A DNA stretch of 41,523 bases from positions 1 to 41,523 of IMG/VR virus record IMGVR_UViG_3300040985_001881; one strand, written 5' to 3'. The notes below the pieces were generated by a model, which saw nothing but the letters and a program-made list of their open reading frames with translations, searched no databases and was not told where the DNA came from. Positions 8,871 to 19,900 of this stretch are shown one piece after another. The first letter of the stretch is position 1; each line of letters opens with the position of its first letter. The DNA comes from a virus. Lineage: Duplodnaviria > Caudoviricetes. The translations under genes were made by a program, and so were the position numbers.

Positions 8871-9464
8871 ATGGCCGCTGTCGCAACGAAGCTTGAATCA
8901 GTCAACAAGATGTTGGCCGTGACGGGATACATGCGGGCGACCACTCTCACCTCTCCAACGCGGGCAGAGCTCATCACCGCGGAGCAGGTGCTCGACGAAG
9001 TGGACCGCGAGGTCCAGCAAGAGGGCTGGCACTTCAACACCACGTACAACGAGAGCAAGGACGAGGCCGGTGGCACCATCCCGCTAGGCTCTGACATCTT
9101 CAGCATCAGCCAGTCGAGCGGCAGCGACAAGCCCGGGAACATCGCGCCCAAGACAGAGGACTACTCGATTCGATCGGGGCTCGTCTTCAACCACAGCACG
9201 GGACTGACGACAGGCTTCACAGCAGCAGTCACTCTGAACATCGTCTACAAGATCGACTTTGCTGACTTGCCCCAGTACGCCGTCGCATTCATCACAGCAA
9301 AGGCGGCGCGGCAGTTCTACATGAACAGCAGGGGCAAGGACTCACAGCTCGCCCAAGAGGGCGAGGTACGAGCGCGAGCAGCGTTCATGCAGGAGGAGGC
9401 ACGGCTCACACGCTTCAACGCCTTCCGCAATCCTGATATGTCCTGGGTCGAATACTACAGATGA
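8871..9464 (+). CDS. Tail tubular protein A / adaptor (T7 gp11-like)
   Basis: TKLESVNKML, EVQQEGWHFNT, FADLPQ..FITAKAARQF. Confidence 0.93.
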   Translation: MAAVATKLESVNKMLAVTGYMRATTLTSPTRAELITAEQVLDEVDREVQQEGWHFNTTYNESKDEAGGTIPLGSDIFSISQSSGSDKPGNIAPKTEDYSIRSGLVFNHSTGLTTGFTAAVTLNIVYKIDFADLPQYAVAFITAKAARQFYMNSRGKDSQLAQEGEVRARAAFMQEEARLTRFNAFRNPDMSWVEYYR

Positions 9465-12400
9465 GCGAGATCCCGAAGATCGTTCCGTCCCTCACTGGCG
9501 GAGTTTCCCAACAGCCCCCGGGGTTGCGGTTTCCAGGACAAGTCACCGAGGCCGAGAACACCATGCTCTCGCTTGTCGACGGCGCGACCAAAAGGCCGCC
9601 CACCGCGCACGAGGCGACGCTCATCACCGGGATCCCCGACAATGCCGCGTACCACGTAATCGAGCGCGACGGCGAGGACTACATCGTAGTGTTGAGCGAC
9701 ACGCCCCCCAGTGGTGAGTCGGTCGGCATCCGAGTGTTCGATATGGACGGGACGGAGCTCACGGTCATTGGTTCGAACAGCGACTATGCGATCGTCGAGG
9801 ACTCCGCCTACGCAGGCAACGCGCCTAACAACTACCTCAGCGACTGGGAAAATCCGGGGCTCGCCGGCCAATGGTTCACAGAAGATGCAACCGACGAGAT
9901 GGTATCGACCGCCAGCGCCGAGGTGGGCCCGCTAGGGACGGGGACGGCGGTGCTTCTGGGCCCACTCAGCGCCGAACCGGGGATCCTTACGCAATACGTC
10001 AGCACCTACTTTGGCAAGCGGACCACGTGCGTCTCGATCTACGCCAAGAAGAACGACGGGCTAGATTCCTTCGCGCTGTCGATTCGCGACACGACCAAGC
10101 TCACTTCCTATGCGATGCGCTTTCAGTGGAACGGCAACGACCTTGAGCTGCACCCAACCTACGCAGACGCGAGCGGCACGGGCAGCGTGGAGAACGTACC
10201 CGGCACAGATTGGTGGAGGGCGACGTACATCCTCGACTCCGAAGACGCTCCCCTAGACACCACAGAGGGGCCGCGAGAGGGTTACAAGATTCAGTTCGTC
10301 CAGATCCTCACGAAGGGCACAGGGGGCGACCAGGACTACTTCTGGGGCGCCGCGCTGCACTTCGACGACGACGCGCTCCTGACGCAGGCTCCAGACATCG
10401 AGCAGGCATTCGGGCCGTTCAAGTTCCTGACCATCGCCGACACGGAGCTCATACTCAACACGGCATGGAAGACGCGAGTAATCGCGCCAGCAATCGAGAG
10501 CCGCTCCCAGTGGATGACCGGCCTAAAGGATGAGGTCAAATCGGTTATCACGATCGACATCAACCTCTACAAGCTGAGCACCGCGTACACGTGGGCGCTA
10601 GAGAACGGGACGAGCGGGCCGCAGGGAACCACGGTAACCTCCGGCTACCAGGAGCAGCGCAACGACTCGGACGGCGGGACATACAACGTCATCATCGGCC
10701 ACGACAGCCGAGAAGACATCGCCGCGGATATAGCTTCGGATATCCAGGCCAGCCACTCCAGCTTCAGCGCAACGGCGGAGGGCTCCCGAATCACGGTCGT
10801 TTCGCACTCAGAGGTGAGCGCCGCAACCGTCACGCCGATCATCATGGCGGTGAACACGGAAACAGTTGAAGACACGCTGCTGATTGAAATTCAAACGGTA
10901 AACAACTCGACCGATTACGACTACTCCATCACCAACACGGAAGGCACCCACACGGGGACCTACGCGTCAGATGGAACGGCAACAGAGACAGAGATTCGGG
11001 ACCAACTACTGGCGCTCATTGTCGCCCACGAGTCGCTTTCGACCAGCACGGCAGCCGGATCCACAATCACGGTGAAGTCATACACCGAGATCACGGACCA
11101 CTGGGTCACGCCAGACATTTTGCTTTCCTATGGAGGCTACGCCGTCGATGTGATGTACCTGTTTGTGCAGCAGGGCGTAAGCCTCACCCCTTACACCTGG
11201 GAGCTGACCAACGGCGAGGGCACCTTCACCGGGACCACGACAACATTAGCGGGCGCAACCGACACGGTAGCCATCGCTGAGGAAATCAAGGGCGCGGTGA
11301 TATCCGCGGACGCCTCGCTCGACACCTCGGTACGCTTGGGATCGGTTGTAGAGATTCGCTCCACGTCACCGATCACGAGCCTCTCGGTCGAGGACGGTGG
11401 CGGGGACAACCTGCTCGGAGGATTCCAGCACGAAGTTAGGGCAATGACTGACCTTCCCGTGTACTTCCGCGACGGCTACACGATCCGGGTCTCCTCGGAT
11501 CCGACAACAGAGATCGAGGACCTATACGTCACCTTCAGCACGGAGGAGGACGAGCCGGTAGGCAAGGGCACTTGGATCGAGTCGCCCGATTGGGCCAAAG
11601 CGTCGTTCTTCGATCCAGCTTCGATGCCCCGCCAATTAACGCTTGTCGAAGACGACGATGCGGGGACGGTCACGGGAACGGCATACGAAAAATACTTCAC
11701 CTTCCTGGGCGTGGACTGGATCGCAAGGGGGGCTGGAAACACCATCACCAACAAGCCCCCGTCGTTTGCGAACCGCACGATCGCCGCGATGATGTTCTAC
11801 GCGAACCGCCTAGGCTTCGTGTCGGATCAGAACTTGGTGATGTCCGAGGCGGGCGTCTACTTCAATATGTGGGCGACCACCACGATCGCGGTTCCCGACT
11901 CCGACCGAATCGACATCGCAGTAAACGAAGCAAAGCTGGCAACGCTGCAGTCAAGCGCGGAGCTCGACGAGCAGCTAGTCCTATCCTCGAGTCAGGCTCA
12001 ATTCGTCTTGAGTGGCTCGCCGATCACGCCGTCAACGGCGCTCCTAGTCAGGATTGCAGGCTTCAGGGTTTCGGACGTAGAGCCCGTATCCTCCGGCAAG
12101 TCGCTAATCTTCCCGACCTTCGGCGCCGAGTACGCAGCGGCAATGGATTTCTTCCGCACAGCGGAGGGCGCGTTCACGGCTGAAGAGATCGCGATGAACG
12201 TCCCCAAGTACATGCTGGGCGAGATCAACCTTACGGCGGCCTACCCCAAGGAGCGGATTGCGTTCTTCAAGGCAAGCGCGGACAACACGCTCTTTGTCTA
12301 CAAGTACGACTGGAACGGCGACCAGAGGGTGCAGTCAGCCTGGGGCAAGTGGACCTTCGGTGATTCGGCCAATGTGCGGCACGTGGATTTCGTTGAAGGT

Positions 12401-13072
12401 AACGGGATCCTGCTGATCGAGCGCGAGGGCGCCTTGCACCTTGAGACCATCAACATTGGTGACGGGCTCACCGACACCGGGCTGGGCTTCCAGGTGATGA
12501 TCGACAGGCGCGTGCGAGAGACGGGCCTGTCAAGGGTACTCTTGGCGGGGGAAACGACAGTCACGATGCCCTATGACCTGGACTCGGCCCTCACAGCCGC
12601 GGATCACGTTGTAGCCACGATCGAAGGCGTCGAGCTCACGATCAATTCGATCGGCACGAACACCATCGTCTTAGATGGAGACCACGCGTCCACCGAGATG
12701 TGGCTCGGACAGCGGTACACACAGAGCATAACGCTCTCGGACCCCATCCCCCAGCGAGAAGGCCCCACGGGCCCGGTTCCGCGTTCAGGGCACTACACGC
12801 CCCACAACCTAGAGATCAAGACCGCGGGAACTGGCGGCTTCCTAGTCACCATCACGCCCGCGGGAATGGATGAGAGCTTCTCACACGAGTTTGAAGCAGC
12901 GGTTACCGACCCGCTGGAAACGGCAACGGTAAGCAACGAGGCGAAGATCGTCGGCATCAACTCGCCCGCAGAGGGCTTGGTCGTCGTCATTTCAAACGAC
13001 TCTGCACTGCCCTCTCGGTTCACCGGCCTTGTGTGGAATGGGGACCTCAGCCCCTACCGCGCATCGCTGTGA
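9461..13072 (+). CDS. Tail tubular protein B / nozzle (T7 gp12-like), enlarged to 1203 aa
   Basis: GGVSQQP, GATKRPPT, WIARGAG..NKPPSF, NRLGF..VMSEAGVYFN, DSDRIDI, VQSAWGKWTF. Confidence 0.93.
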   Translation: MSEIPKIVPSLTGGVSQQPPGLRFPGQVTEAENTMLSLVDGATKRPPTAHEATLITGIPDNAAYHVIERDGEDYIVVLSDTPPSGESVGIRVFDMDGTELTVIGSNSDYAIVEDSAYAGNAPNNYLSDWENPGLAGQWFTEDATDEMVSTASAEVGPLGTGTAVLLGPLSAEPGILTQYVSTYFGKRTTCVSIYAKKNDGLDSFALSIRDTTKLTSYAMRFQWNGNDLELHPTYADASGTGSVENVPGTDWWRATYILDSEDAPLDTTEGPREGYKIQFVQILTKGTGGDQDYFWGAALHFDDDALLTQAPDIEQAFGPFKFLTIADTELILNTAWKTRVIAPAIESRSQWMTGLKDEVKSVITIDINLYKLSTAYTWALENGTSGPQGTTVTSGYQEQRNDSDGGTYNVIIGHDSREDIAADIASDIQASHSSFSATAEGSRITVVSHSEVSAATVTPIIMAVNTETVEDTLLIEIQTVNNSTDYDYSITNTEGTHTGTYASDGTATETEIRDQLLALIVAHESLSTSTAAGSTITVKSYTEITDHWVTPDILLSYGGYAVDVMYLFVQQGVSLTPYTWELTNGEGTFTGTTTTLAGATDTVAIAEEIKGAVISADASLDTSVRLGSVVEIRSTSPITSLSVEDGGGDNLLGGFQHEVRAMTDLPVYFRDGYTIRVSSDPTTEIEDLYVTFSTEEDEPVGKGTWIESPDWAKASFFDPASMPRQLTLVEDDDAGTVTGTAYEKYFTFLGVDWIARGAGNTITNKPPSFANRTIAAMMFYANRLGFVSDQNLVMSEAGVYFNMWATTTIAVPDSDRIDIAVNEAKLATLQSSAELDEQLVLSSSQAQFVLSGSPITPSTALLVRIAGFRVSDVEPVSSGKSLIFPTFGAEYAAAMDFFRTAEGAFTAEEIAMNVPKYMLGEINLTAAYPKERIAFFKASADNTLFVYKYDWNGDQRVQSAWGKWTFGDSANVRHVDFVEGNGILLIEREGALHLETINIGDGLTDTGLGFQVMIDRRVRETGLSRVLLAGETTVTMPYDLDSALTAADHVVATIEGVELTINSIGTNTIVLDGDHASTEMWLGQRYTQSITLSDPIPQREGPTGPVPRSGHYTPHNLEIKTAGTGGFLVTITPAGMDESFSHEFEAAVTDPLETATVSNEAKIVGINSPAEGLVVVISNDSALPSRFTGLVWNGDLSPYRASL

Positions 13073-13539
13073 TCGAGATCGCAGGATCGCAAGCGGCGGA
13101 CGCGGGCCAGCTCGCGCCCCTCATGCGCCAGGCAGACATTGAAGAAGTGCGGGCGTCGTCCGGGTCAACTCCGTTGGAGGCACTTGAACGAGCCTTCGCA
13201 GTCTCCTCTCTCTGCTTTACGGCGTGGAGGGGAGACACCCCCCTTGCAATGTTCGGCGTGAACGAGATCGCGGAGCGCATCGGCGTGATTTGGTTCCTAG
13301 GATCAGACGCAGCGACGGAAGACCCGCGGGCATTCGCACGACTCACGAAGTACTGGCTGAAAGCAATTCAGCAGGAGTTTGACATCCTCACCAACGTCGT
13401 AGACGAGAGGAACGAGATCCACGTTCGATGGATCGACAAGATGGGCTTCACCTTTACAGTGTTCCACGTGGAGCATGGGGTGGAGAAACGCCCGTTCATG
13501 GAGTTCGTTTGGAAGGCACCGGGGGATAGCAATGTGTGA
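13069..13539 (+). CDS. Internal virion protein A (T7 gp13-like, acetyltransferase-like fold)
   Basis: GTG overlapping the nozzle stop; MRQADIEEV, IWFLGS, LTNVVDERNEIHVRWIDKMGF; synteny. Confidence 0.85.
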   Translation: MIEIAGSQAADAGQLAPLMRQADIEEVRASSGSTPLEALERAFAVSSLCFTAWRGDTPLAMFGVNEIAERIGVIWFLGSDAATEDPRAFARLTKYWLKAIQQEFDILTNVVDERNEIHVRWIDKMGFTFTVFHVEHGVEKRPFMEFVWKAPGDSNV

Positions 13540-14149
13540 GCCGATCAGCATGGGCATCATGATGGCTGCCTCGACTTGGTATCAGATCAACGAGCAGAAG
13601 GCTCAGATCAAAGACACCAACACCTTCAACGCGCAACAGGCGGCAAAGGTGCGTGCGTCTGCAAACAGGGCAGCCGAGCTCAAGAACAAAGCCGTCATCG
13701 GACGTCGAGTGCAGTTGCGCGAGCAGGCGTCGGCAGAGGTGCAGGACATTTCCCGGCAAGCCATCAAGGCATCGGGACTCACGCGACTAGAGGGCGCCGG
13801 CGCCTCTGTTGGCGCGGTGCTCGCGAGCATTGCCTCGCAGGAGATCATCGGCAAGTCACAGGTAGAGCGCGGTCAGGAATTCGGCGACTTCCAGGACCAA
13901 GTAGAGTTCTCGGCCACCGCGGAGCAAGCCTATGGGCGAGCACTGGCGGCTGAGCGTGCGCCGATTCTGGCTCCCAACCTTCTCGGGTCCGTGTTGCGCG
14001 TCAGCGCAGCGGGATTCTCGGCCTACATGGCTGGAAAAGCTGCCGCAAAACCAAGTGATGCCGCGCCCGTTTCGGCCCCAGCCGTCACTACAACGTCGTC
14101 CGCGCCAAACAACTACTCTCAACCTAACTACGGCGGAGCGATAATCTAG
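13532..14149 (+). CDS. Internal virion protein B (T7 gp14-like)
   Basis: Starts MCEP; Ala/Gln-rich helical sequence; synteny. Confidence 0.8.
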   Translation: MCEPISMGIMMAASTWYQINEQKAQIKDTNTFNAQQAAKVRASANRAAELKNKAVIGRRVQLREQASAEVQDISRQAIKASGLTRLEGAGASVGAVLASIASQEIIGKSQVERGQEFGDFQDQVEFSATAEQAYGRALAAERAPILAPNLLGSVLRVSAAGFSAYMAGKAAAKPSDAAPVSAPAVTTTSSAPNNYSQPNYGGAII

Positions 14150-14151
14150 AC

Positions 14152-16965
14152 ATGCCCAAGAAGCGATTCAGCCTTGAAGACCTGAAGTTGCCGACGCAAA
14201 GGGGCAGTTCGATTCGCGCTATCGACGGGTTTGTGAGCACCGCGCAGAGCGCACCAGCTCAGAGCCCGGACGCGGGAAACTTCCAGGCCGCGGGGCGAGA
14301 CATCATCGCCGGGCTACAGGAGGGGCAGAAGATCGAGCTACAGAACCACGAGGCGGGAATTCGAAAAGGGACCGCCGCTGGCGAGCTCGACCCGACGATC
14401 GCGGAGAAGATGAACGAGGAGTTCAACCGCGCAGCACAAGGACTCACAGACCCGACCGAGATCGCCAACGCGCACCGCCGCGCACTCTTGAAGTTGCGCA
14501 ACGACGGAGTGATCCCCGCCGACGTTGACCCGTCCTACGTGATCGGAGTTCGCAGAGCCGAGGCCAGCCGCGCAGGAACGAAGGCCGCCGCCGAGATTAT
14601 GGCCCAGGTGGACCGATTCAAGCGCGTCGAGGATGAAGAGGGCAACCTGCTACCCGACCAGTCGGGAGCCGCGAGCGCCGCGTTCGATGAGATCTTTGCA
14701 GAGGCGAGCCAGGACCCCGTGATCGCTGGCAGCCACATCGCGCTCCAGGAGATCGCCCGGATCAAACGGTCCACCGAAGCTAGCTTCTTCGCCTCAGTCG
14801 AGGGAGCTCAGGCAGCGGGTATGAAGCGACGGGACTTCAACAACCGCAAGTCAGAGGTGCTCAACGGATGGAGCCGCGAGGGTGCGTCGTTCCGAAGCGT
14901 TGGAGATCTCGTGCACCAAGACACGAACGCAGCGGAGGTGCGCGATTCGATCGTCGCCGGCCTTGAGCGGATGCGAGACGAAGAGGGAGTACTCGACACG
15001 AACGAGATTCTAGTAGGGGCGCTCCAGGACTACTTCGACATGAACGTGGACGAGGACCCCGAGGGGGTCGTCCGGGTCTTCTCACGGGCGATGCACATCC
15101 CTATGGCGACGGGCGACACACTCGGCACCGACAACCGGGAGTCATCCAAGCTCGCGCACCAGCTCCTAGCCAAAGCGCGTCAGGCGGAAGAACAGAAGGA
15201 CTACCGAACCTCAGCGGCACGCAGGAACTTCCCCAAGATCCGGGATACGGCTGTCATCGAGACTCTTGCGGTCGTGCAGCGGGAATTCCCGAACGCCACA
15301 CCGGACAAGCTATTCGAACTCGTGACCGGCAGGTTGGAGCAGGACGAGGACTACAACCAGGCGCTGCAGGACGCGGACAAGGCGAAGCCGTCCGATCGCG
15401 ACCTAGAGGCATACCGAACGACGATCGAGAACTCGGCGACGGGCAACACGCAGCACTTTTTTTCCATCCTGGATGACATGGACGCCGCGGGAGAGGATCC
15501 AGAGGTCGTAGAGGACTACGCCCGATCCGTGCTTTCCCCCGGGGACTTTGTGACCTGGAAGAACGGCGAGGGGTCACGCGCATGGAATGAGATCTCACAG
15601 GACGGACTAGCCGACTACCTTCGGAATGTGGTGTCGAAGGACGCACTGCCCGATGGGCACTCCGATGGATCCTTGATCGAAATGACGTTCCTACAGAAGG
15701 ACGCCCAAGCCGAGATCAAGGCGTTCTATCTCAAGGCCAAGCGAGAAGGGAACCTTGAGGGCTGGACCAGCACACCCGAAATGCGGACCCTGTTCACCAA
15801 CCTACGCGGGGAGTTCCAGCGCAGGGAGCGTGCGGTTGCCGACATCCGAAGGGCAGTCACGGAACGCGCCCGGAAGCGCGACATCGTGGGGCTCGACGAA
15901 ACTCTGGAAATCCTGCGAGCCAGTGTCAGCGAAGGGGAGTACTCCGAAGCGAAGGACAAGCGAGATCTACTCGCGGGCAACATCGACGGCGCACTACGCA
16001 ATAATCTGTCCTACCAGCGGGTATTTGGGGCAATTCGGAGCGACATGATTGGTCTGATGACGGAGCAGGGCGAGAAGCCCTCCGAGGCTCGCCGGATCGC
16101 ATCAGAATTGGAGCTCGACTTCATCGCACAGATGAGCGAGGAGCACCGCGGGACGATCACCTTGTTCCCCCCGGAAGAGCACGCTCAAAGGATCGCCAAG
16201 GCATCCCGAAGGGTCTACGAGGAACTCAAGGAGGTGCACCTATCAGACGAGCAGAAGCGAAACATTCGGGTCAACCGAGAGGGTGAGCCAGGCGCAGCGG
16301 AACGACTCACTACCGCACTGGCGGAGTCGAAAGCCGCGGAGAAGAGCTCGATTTCGAGCGCCGTCGCCGAGACCTTCCCGGACCTGGCGCCCGCAATCGA
16401 CGCACCGCGGGATCCGTACTTCTTCTTCAACAACCCATCGAACGATGAGGTGTTCGACGGCACCCTGCAGAGCATTGCCCTCCACGAGCTGAACCGCATC
16501 CCAGAGGGTCACAGGACCATCCCGGACGGCACGATCAAGCGTTGGGCGATCTCTACGGCAATGGCTGGCGGCTTCTCCACGGAGGAGATCACAGCCGGCG
16601 AGGGCACGCTGCGGGTGGCCCTCACAAACCTTGGGCCCGCCGCAAGGCGAATCAAGGGGCCACAGCTAGAGGAGGCTGGCTTCACGATCGTTCGCCAGGA
16701 AGAGCTCTCGACGGGGTTCCAGCAAGAGCTAGATACGCGCGTCTTCTATGAGAAGAAGGTGAAGCTCCCCAAGCTCCACCCAACGCTCACGCTTGCACAC
16801 CGGACGCCCGAGGGGGTGCGCGAGTGGATCAAGAACACGCCAGACGCCCAAAAGGAAGCCTTCTACAAGGTGCTGGAATTGGACACTGAAGATATGCCAG
16901 CAGCCGACAAGGCATTCCGTGACCGCTCAGATCTCCGATTCCTCAAGTACCAGAAGAAGAAGTAG
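14152..16965 (+). CDS. Internal virion protein C (T7 gp15-like)
   Basis: 937 aa helical protein between the B and D genes; called from synteny only. Confidence 0.7.
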   Translation: MPKKRFSLEDLKLPTQRGSSIRAIDGFVSTAQSAPAQSPDAGNFQAAGRDIIAGLQEGQKIELQNHEAGIRKGTAAGELDPTIAEKMNEEFNRAAQGLTDPTEIANAHRRALLKLRNDGVIPADVDPSYVIGVRRAEASRAGTKAAAEIMAQVDRFKRVEDEEGNLLPDQSGAASAAFDEIFAEASQDPVIAGSHIALQEIARIKRSTEASFFASVEGAQAAGMKRRDFNNRKSEVLNGWSREGASFRSVGDLVHQDTNAAEVRDSIVAGLERMRDEEGVLDTNEILVGALQDYFDMNVDEDPEGVVRVFSRAMHIPMATGDTLGTDNRESSKLAHQLLAKARQAEEQKDYRTSAARRNFPKIRDTAVIETLAVVQREFPNATPDKLFELVTGRLEQDEDYNQALQDADKAKPSDRDLEAYRTTIENSATGNTQHFFSILDDMDAAGEDPEVVEDYARSVLSPGDFVTWKNGEGSRAWNEISQDGLADYLRNVVSKDALPDGHSDGSLIEMTFLQKDAQAEIKAFYLKAKREGNLEGWTSTPEMRTLFTNLRGEFQRRERAVADIRRAVTERARKRDIVGLDETLEILRASVSEGEYSEAKDKRDLLAGNIDGALRNNLSYQRVFGAIRSDMIGLMTEQGEKPSEARRIASELELDFIAQMSEEHRGTITLFPPEEHAQRIAKASRRVYEELKEVHLSDEQKRNIRVNREGEPGAAERLTTALAESKAAEKSSISSAVAETFPDLAPAIDAPRDPYFFFNNPSNDEVFDGTLQSIALHELNRIPEGHRTIPDGTIKRWAISTAMAGGFSTEEITAGEGTLRVALTNLGPAARRIKGPQLEEAGFTIVRQEELSTGFQQELDTRVFYEKKVKLPKLHPTLTLAHRTPEGVREWIKNTPDAQKEAFYKVLELDTEDMPAADKAFRDRSDLRFLKYQKKK

Positions 16966-16967
16966 AA

Positions 16968-19900
16968 ATGCCTGACCCAACCGTTGATAGCTTCTTGGGC
17001 GACCTTGATCGGGACCGGGACGCATTCGATCAGCAGCAGGCGCAAGTCGGCAGAATCGACACGGGGCCCGAGGACTTCGACGTAGACGGCGAAAGCGCAC
17101 TCCTGGACTTCGACGATCTGGCCCTTTCGATCCCGCGAGGCGTCGAGGGCTTCACCCGCTCCATCGGCAGCCTGATTCCTGGCTTGGATCTGAGCGACGA
17201 TCGGATCTTCGGACGCTCCGACACCGTGATCGGCGGAGCATTGGAAAGCCTGGTCCAGTTCGGGGCCGGATTCGTTCCTGGGGCGGGGGTCGCGAGCCTG
17301 CTGGGCAAAACGGCTACCGCCGCCAAGCTGGCCGCGGCCCTTGGCTCCACTAAGGGGGGCGTATTCACCCTGAAGGCCCTAGAGGGGTCCGTAGCGGGTG
17401 GCGTTGCGGACTTCCTAGCGTTCGACGGGCACGAAAAGAACTTCTCGGCACTGATCGAGTCCATTCCGCAGCTCGAAAACCCGTTGACGGAGTTTCTGGC
17501 GACCGATGAGGAGGATTCGCAAGTCGAGGCGAGGATCAAGAACGTCCTAGAGGGCTTCGGCATGGGAGCCGCAATCGGGGTCCTCATGGAGTCCATGCGG
17601 GGCCTCCACGCCATCCGAAAGGGCAGGAAGCTCGACACCACGCCGGAGAAGCTGAAGAACGCGCAAGTCGAGGCAGTCGACCCAGGCAGGCTCAAGGATG
17701 GAATGCGGGATGCTGAGGAGCTTCGGAATCCCGCTAGGCAAGACTTTCCCGTGTTTGACGAGAGCGGCGCGATGGTCATGGACGAAACCGGCAGGCCAGT
17801 CGATTCGCCAAGACTCACCCAGTCCAAGAGGGAGATGGCAGAGTTGGCCGCCGGAAAAGCAGACGCAGCAGAGGCGAAGGAGGCTCACGAACTCAACCCC
17901 ACAGAGGCCACACGAAAGCGCGTCGAGGAGACTGAGAAAGAGCTAGCGCGACTGACCACAAGGAACGAAAAAGCGATCCAGGACCTGATAGATAACCGAC
18001 CAGGCAGCTACTACAAAGACCCGGCAGACCAGCGACTAGCTGATGAGATGGCGGATCTAAGGGAGGCCGACAGGGAGGGCGTCCAACGCATCGACGGAGC
18101 GCGGCAGGAAGAGTTAAACGCGGAGCTCTTACACATCCAAGAGCTGGGGAGGGAACAGCAGGCGAAGATTGACGCAATCGCCAAGCAGCCCGACTACGAC
18201 ATCGACGAGCTTTACGAGGAAGTGGAGTACGGAAGGGAGCTCTTCGAAAGAGAGACGGCACTAGAGCAGGCCGGGGCCAAGCCGGTAAAAACCGTCAGCG
18301 GGGACCCACACGCGACGCTGGGAGAGGGGCGCGTCATTGACGTAGAGGGCGGGGAGCCCCGATACCTAGCGCAAGAGCCCTTTGATCCGCCTGACCCCAA
18401 TAAGTCGCGGCCAGAGCCGCCGAACAACCCCGAGTTTGAGGCTCGCTACATTGAGCAGACTCGCAAAGTACGGGCCGCAGAGAAGACTCCCAACCGCCGC
18501 CTAACCAAGGAAGAGCAGGCGCTAAACAAGAAGGACTGGAAGGCGTTCTCGCGATCCAGGGGGTACACCGAAGCGGAGATTGCCGACCTTCAAAAGCTGC
18601 TCGACATGCACAAGGAGGGCTTGGAGCTCGGCTACCACACGGACGATATGTTCTTCATGGAGCATGAAGGGCCCACATGGAACATGACGGAGGCTCAAAT
18701 AGCCAAGAGCGTCGAGCCCACAGCCGCAGAAGTCGCCGCTACCGCCGAGGACCCGCCGCTCCCTGGGTCAGTCTCAAGGGGTAACGAGGTGCAGGGGAGC
18801 ATCTTCGCCAAGATGGCGGGCCCGAACCGCTCCGAGATCAACGTGCGCGAGCTCGTGCAGAAGTGGGCCGACGAGGAAGCCGCGACCGTGCGCCCGGATG
18901 CACCCGAGGCTGGAACGCTCACCGAGGCCCAGCAGGCGATAAGCAACGAGCAGACAACCGCTAGGGCAAACGAGCGAACGCACGCGCTAATGGGGCGCAC
19001 AACCGACGAGACCGTACAAAACTACCTTACCGCGCTGAACACAGCAGCGACGAACGTTCGCATAGCCGGCGAGCTTCAGGTGGGCATCGAGGGAGTGTTC
19101 CTCGGGCTCGCCAGAGAGAACACGGAGGCGCTCCGCAAGATCCTGAGTGGGGACCTCGAAGGCGTCGAGCAGCTCCTAGAGAGCAAGGACATTCTGAAGC
19201 AGCTCGAATCCGGCTTGAAGAAGCTGAAGAGCGAAGAGGGAAGGGCGCTACAGGCGACCCAAATCGTAATCGAGCAGGGTGGGGACATGGCCCGTCTGCA
19301 GAACAAGGTCATTCGCCAGATGCTCGACACCGGAGACGAGGATTTCCGGGCTCTGATGAAGAAGATGGCCCTGGCCTACGCCGAGGACGGGACGCTCGCC
19401 GACGCCGCGGGCGCTCTGGACCTGCACCGCATGACCGCAGGGCGCCAGGTGTTCCGCTTGACCTTCGAGTACTACCTGAATTCGATCCTCAGCCGACCAA
19501 GCACGATTGCCGTCCAGCCAATGTCTGCGATGCTGGGGACCGTGTGGAAACCGCTCGAAAACATGCTTGGAGGCGCGATGCGCGGGAACATGCGTGTGGT
19601 TCGGGAATCAATGCACGAACTCCTGTCCCTGACGAGCGTATTCCAAGACTCCGCCGTAATGGCTTGGCGGACGTTCAATACGGGCAAGTCTACGATTGAT
19701 CCCTCGGGCGGTTTCCGAGACGACAAATTCGCCAAGCAGAACTTCCTGAAGGCCGGCGCCCTGGGCAGCGTGCCCGGGGAGTGGTCAGGGACAGCCGCGA
19801 ACGCCATGGGGAACGTCATCGGGCTACCCTCACGGGCCATGCTCGCCGCAGACGAGTTCTCCAAGAACGTCGCCGTGCGATCGGTCATCAAGGCAAACGC

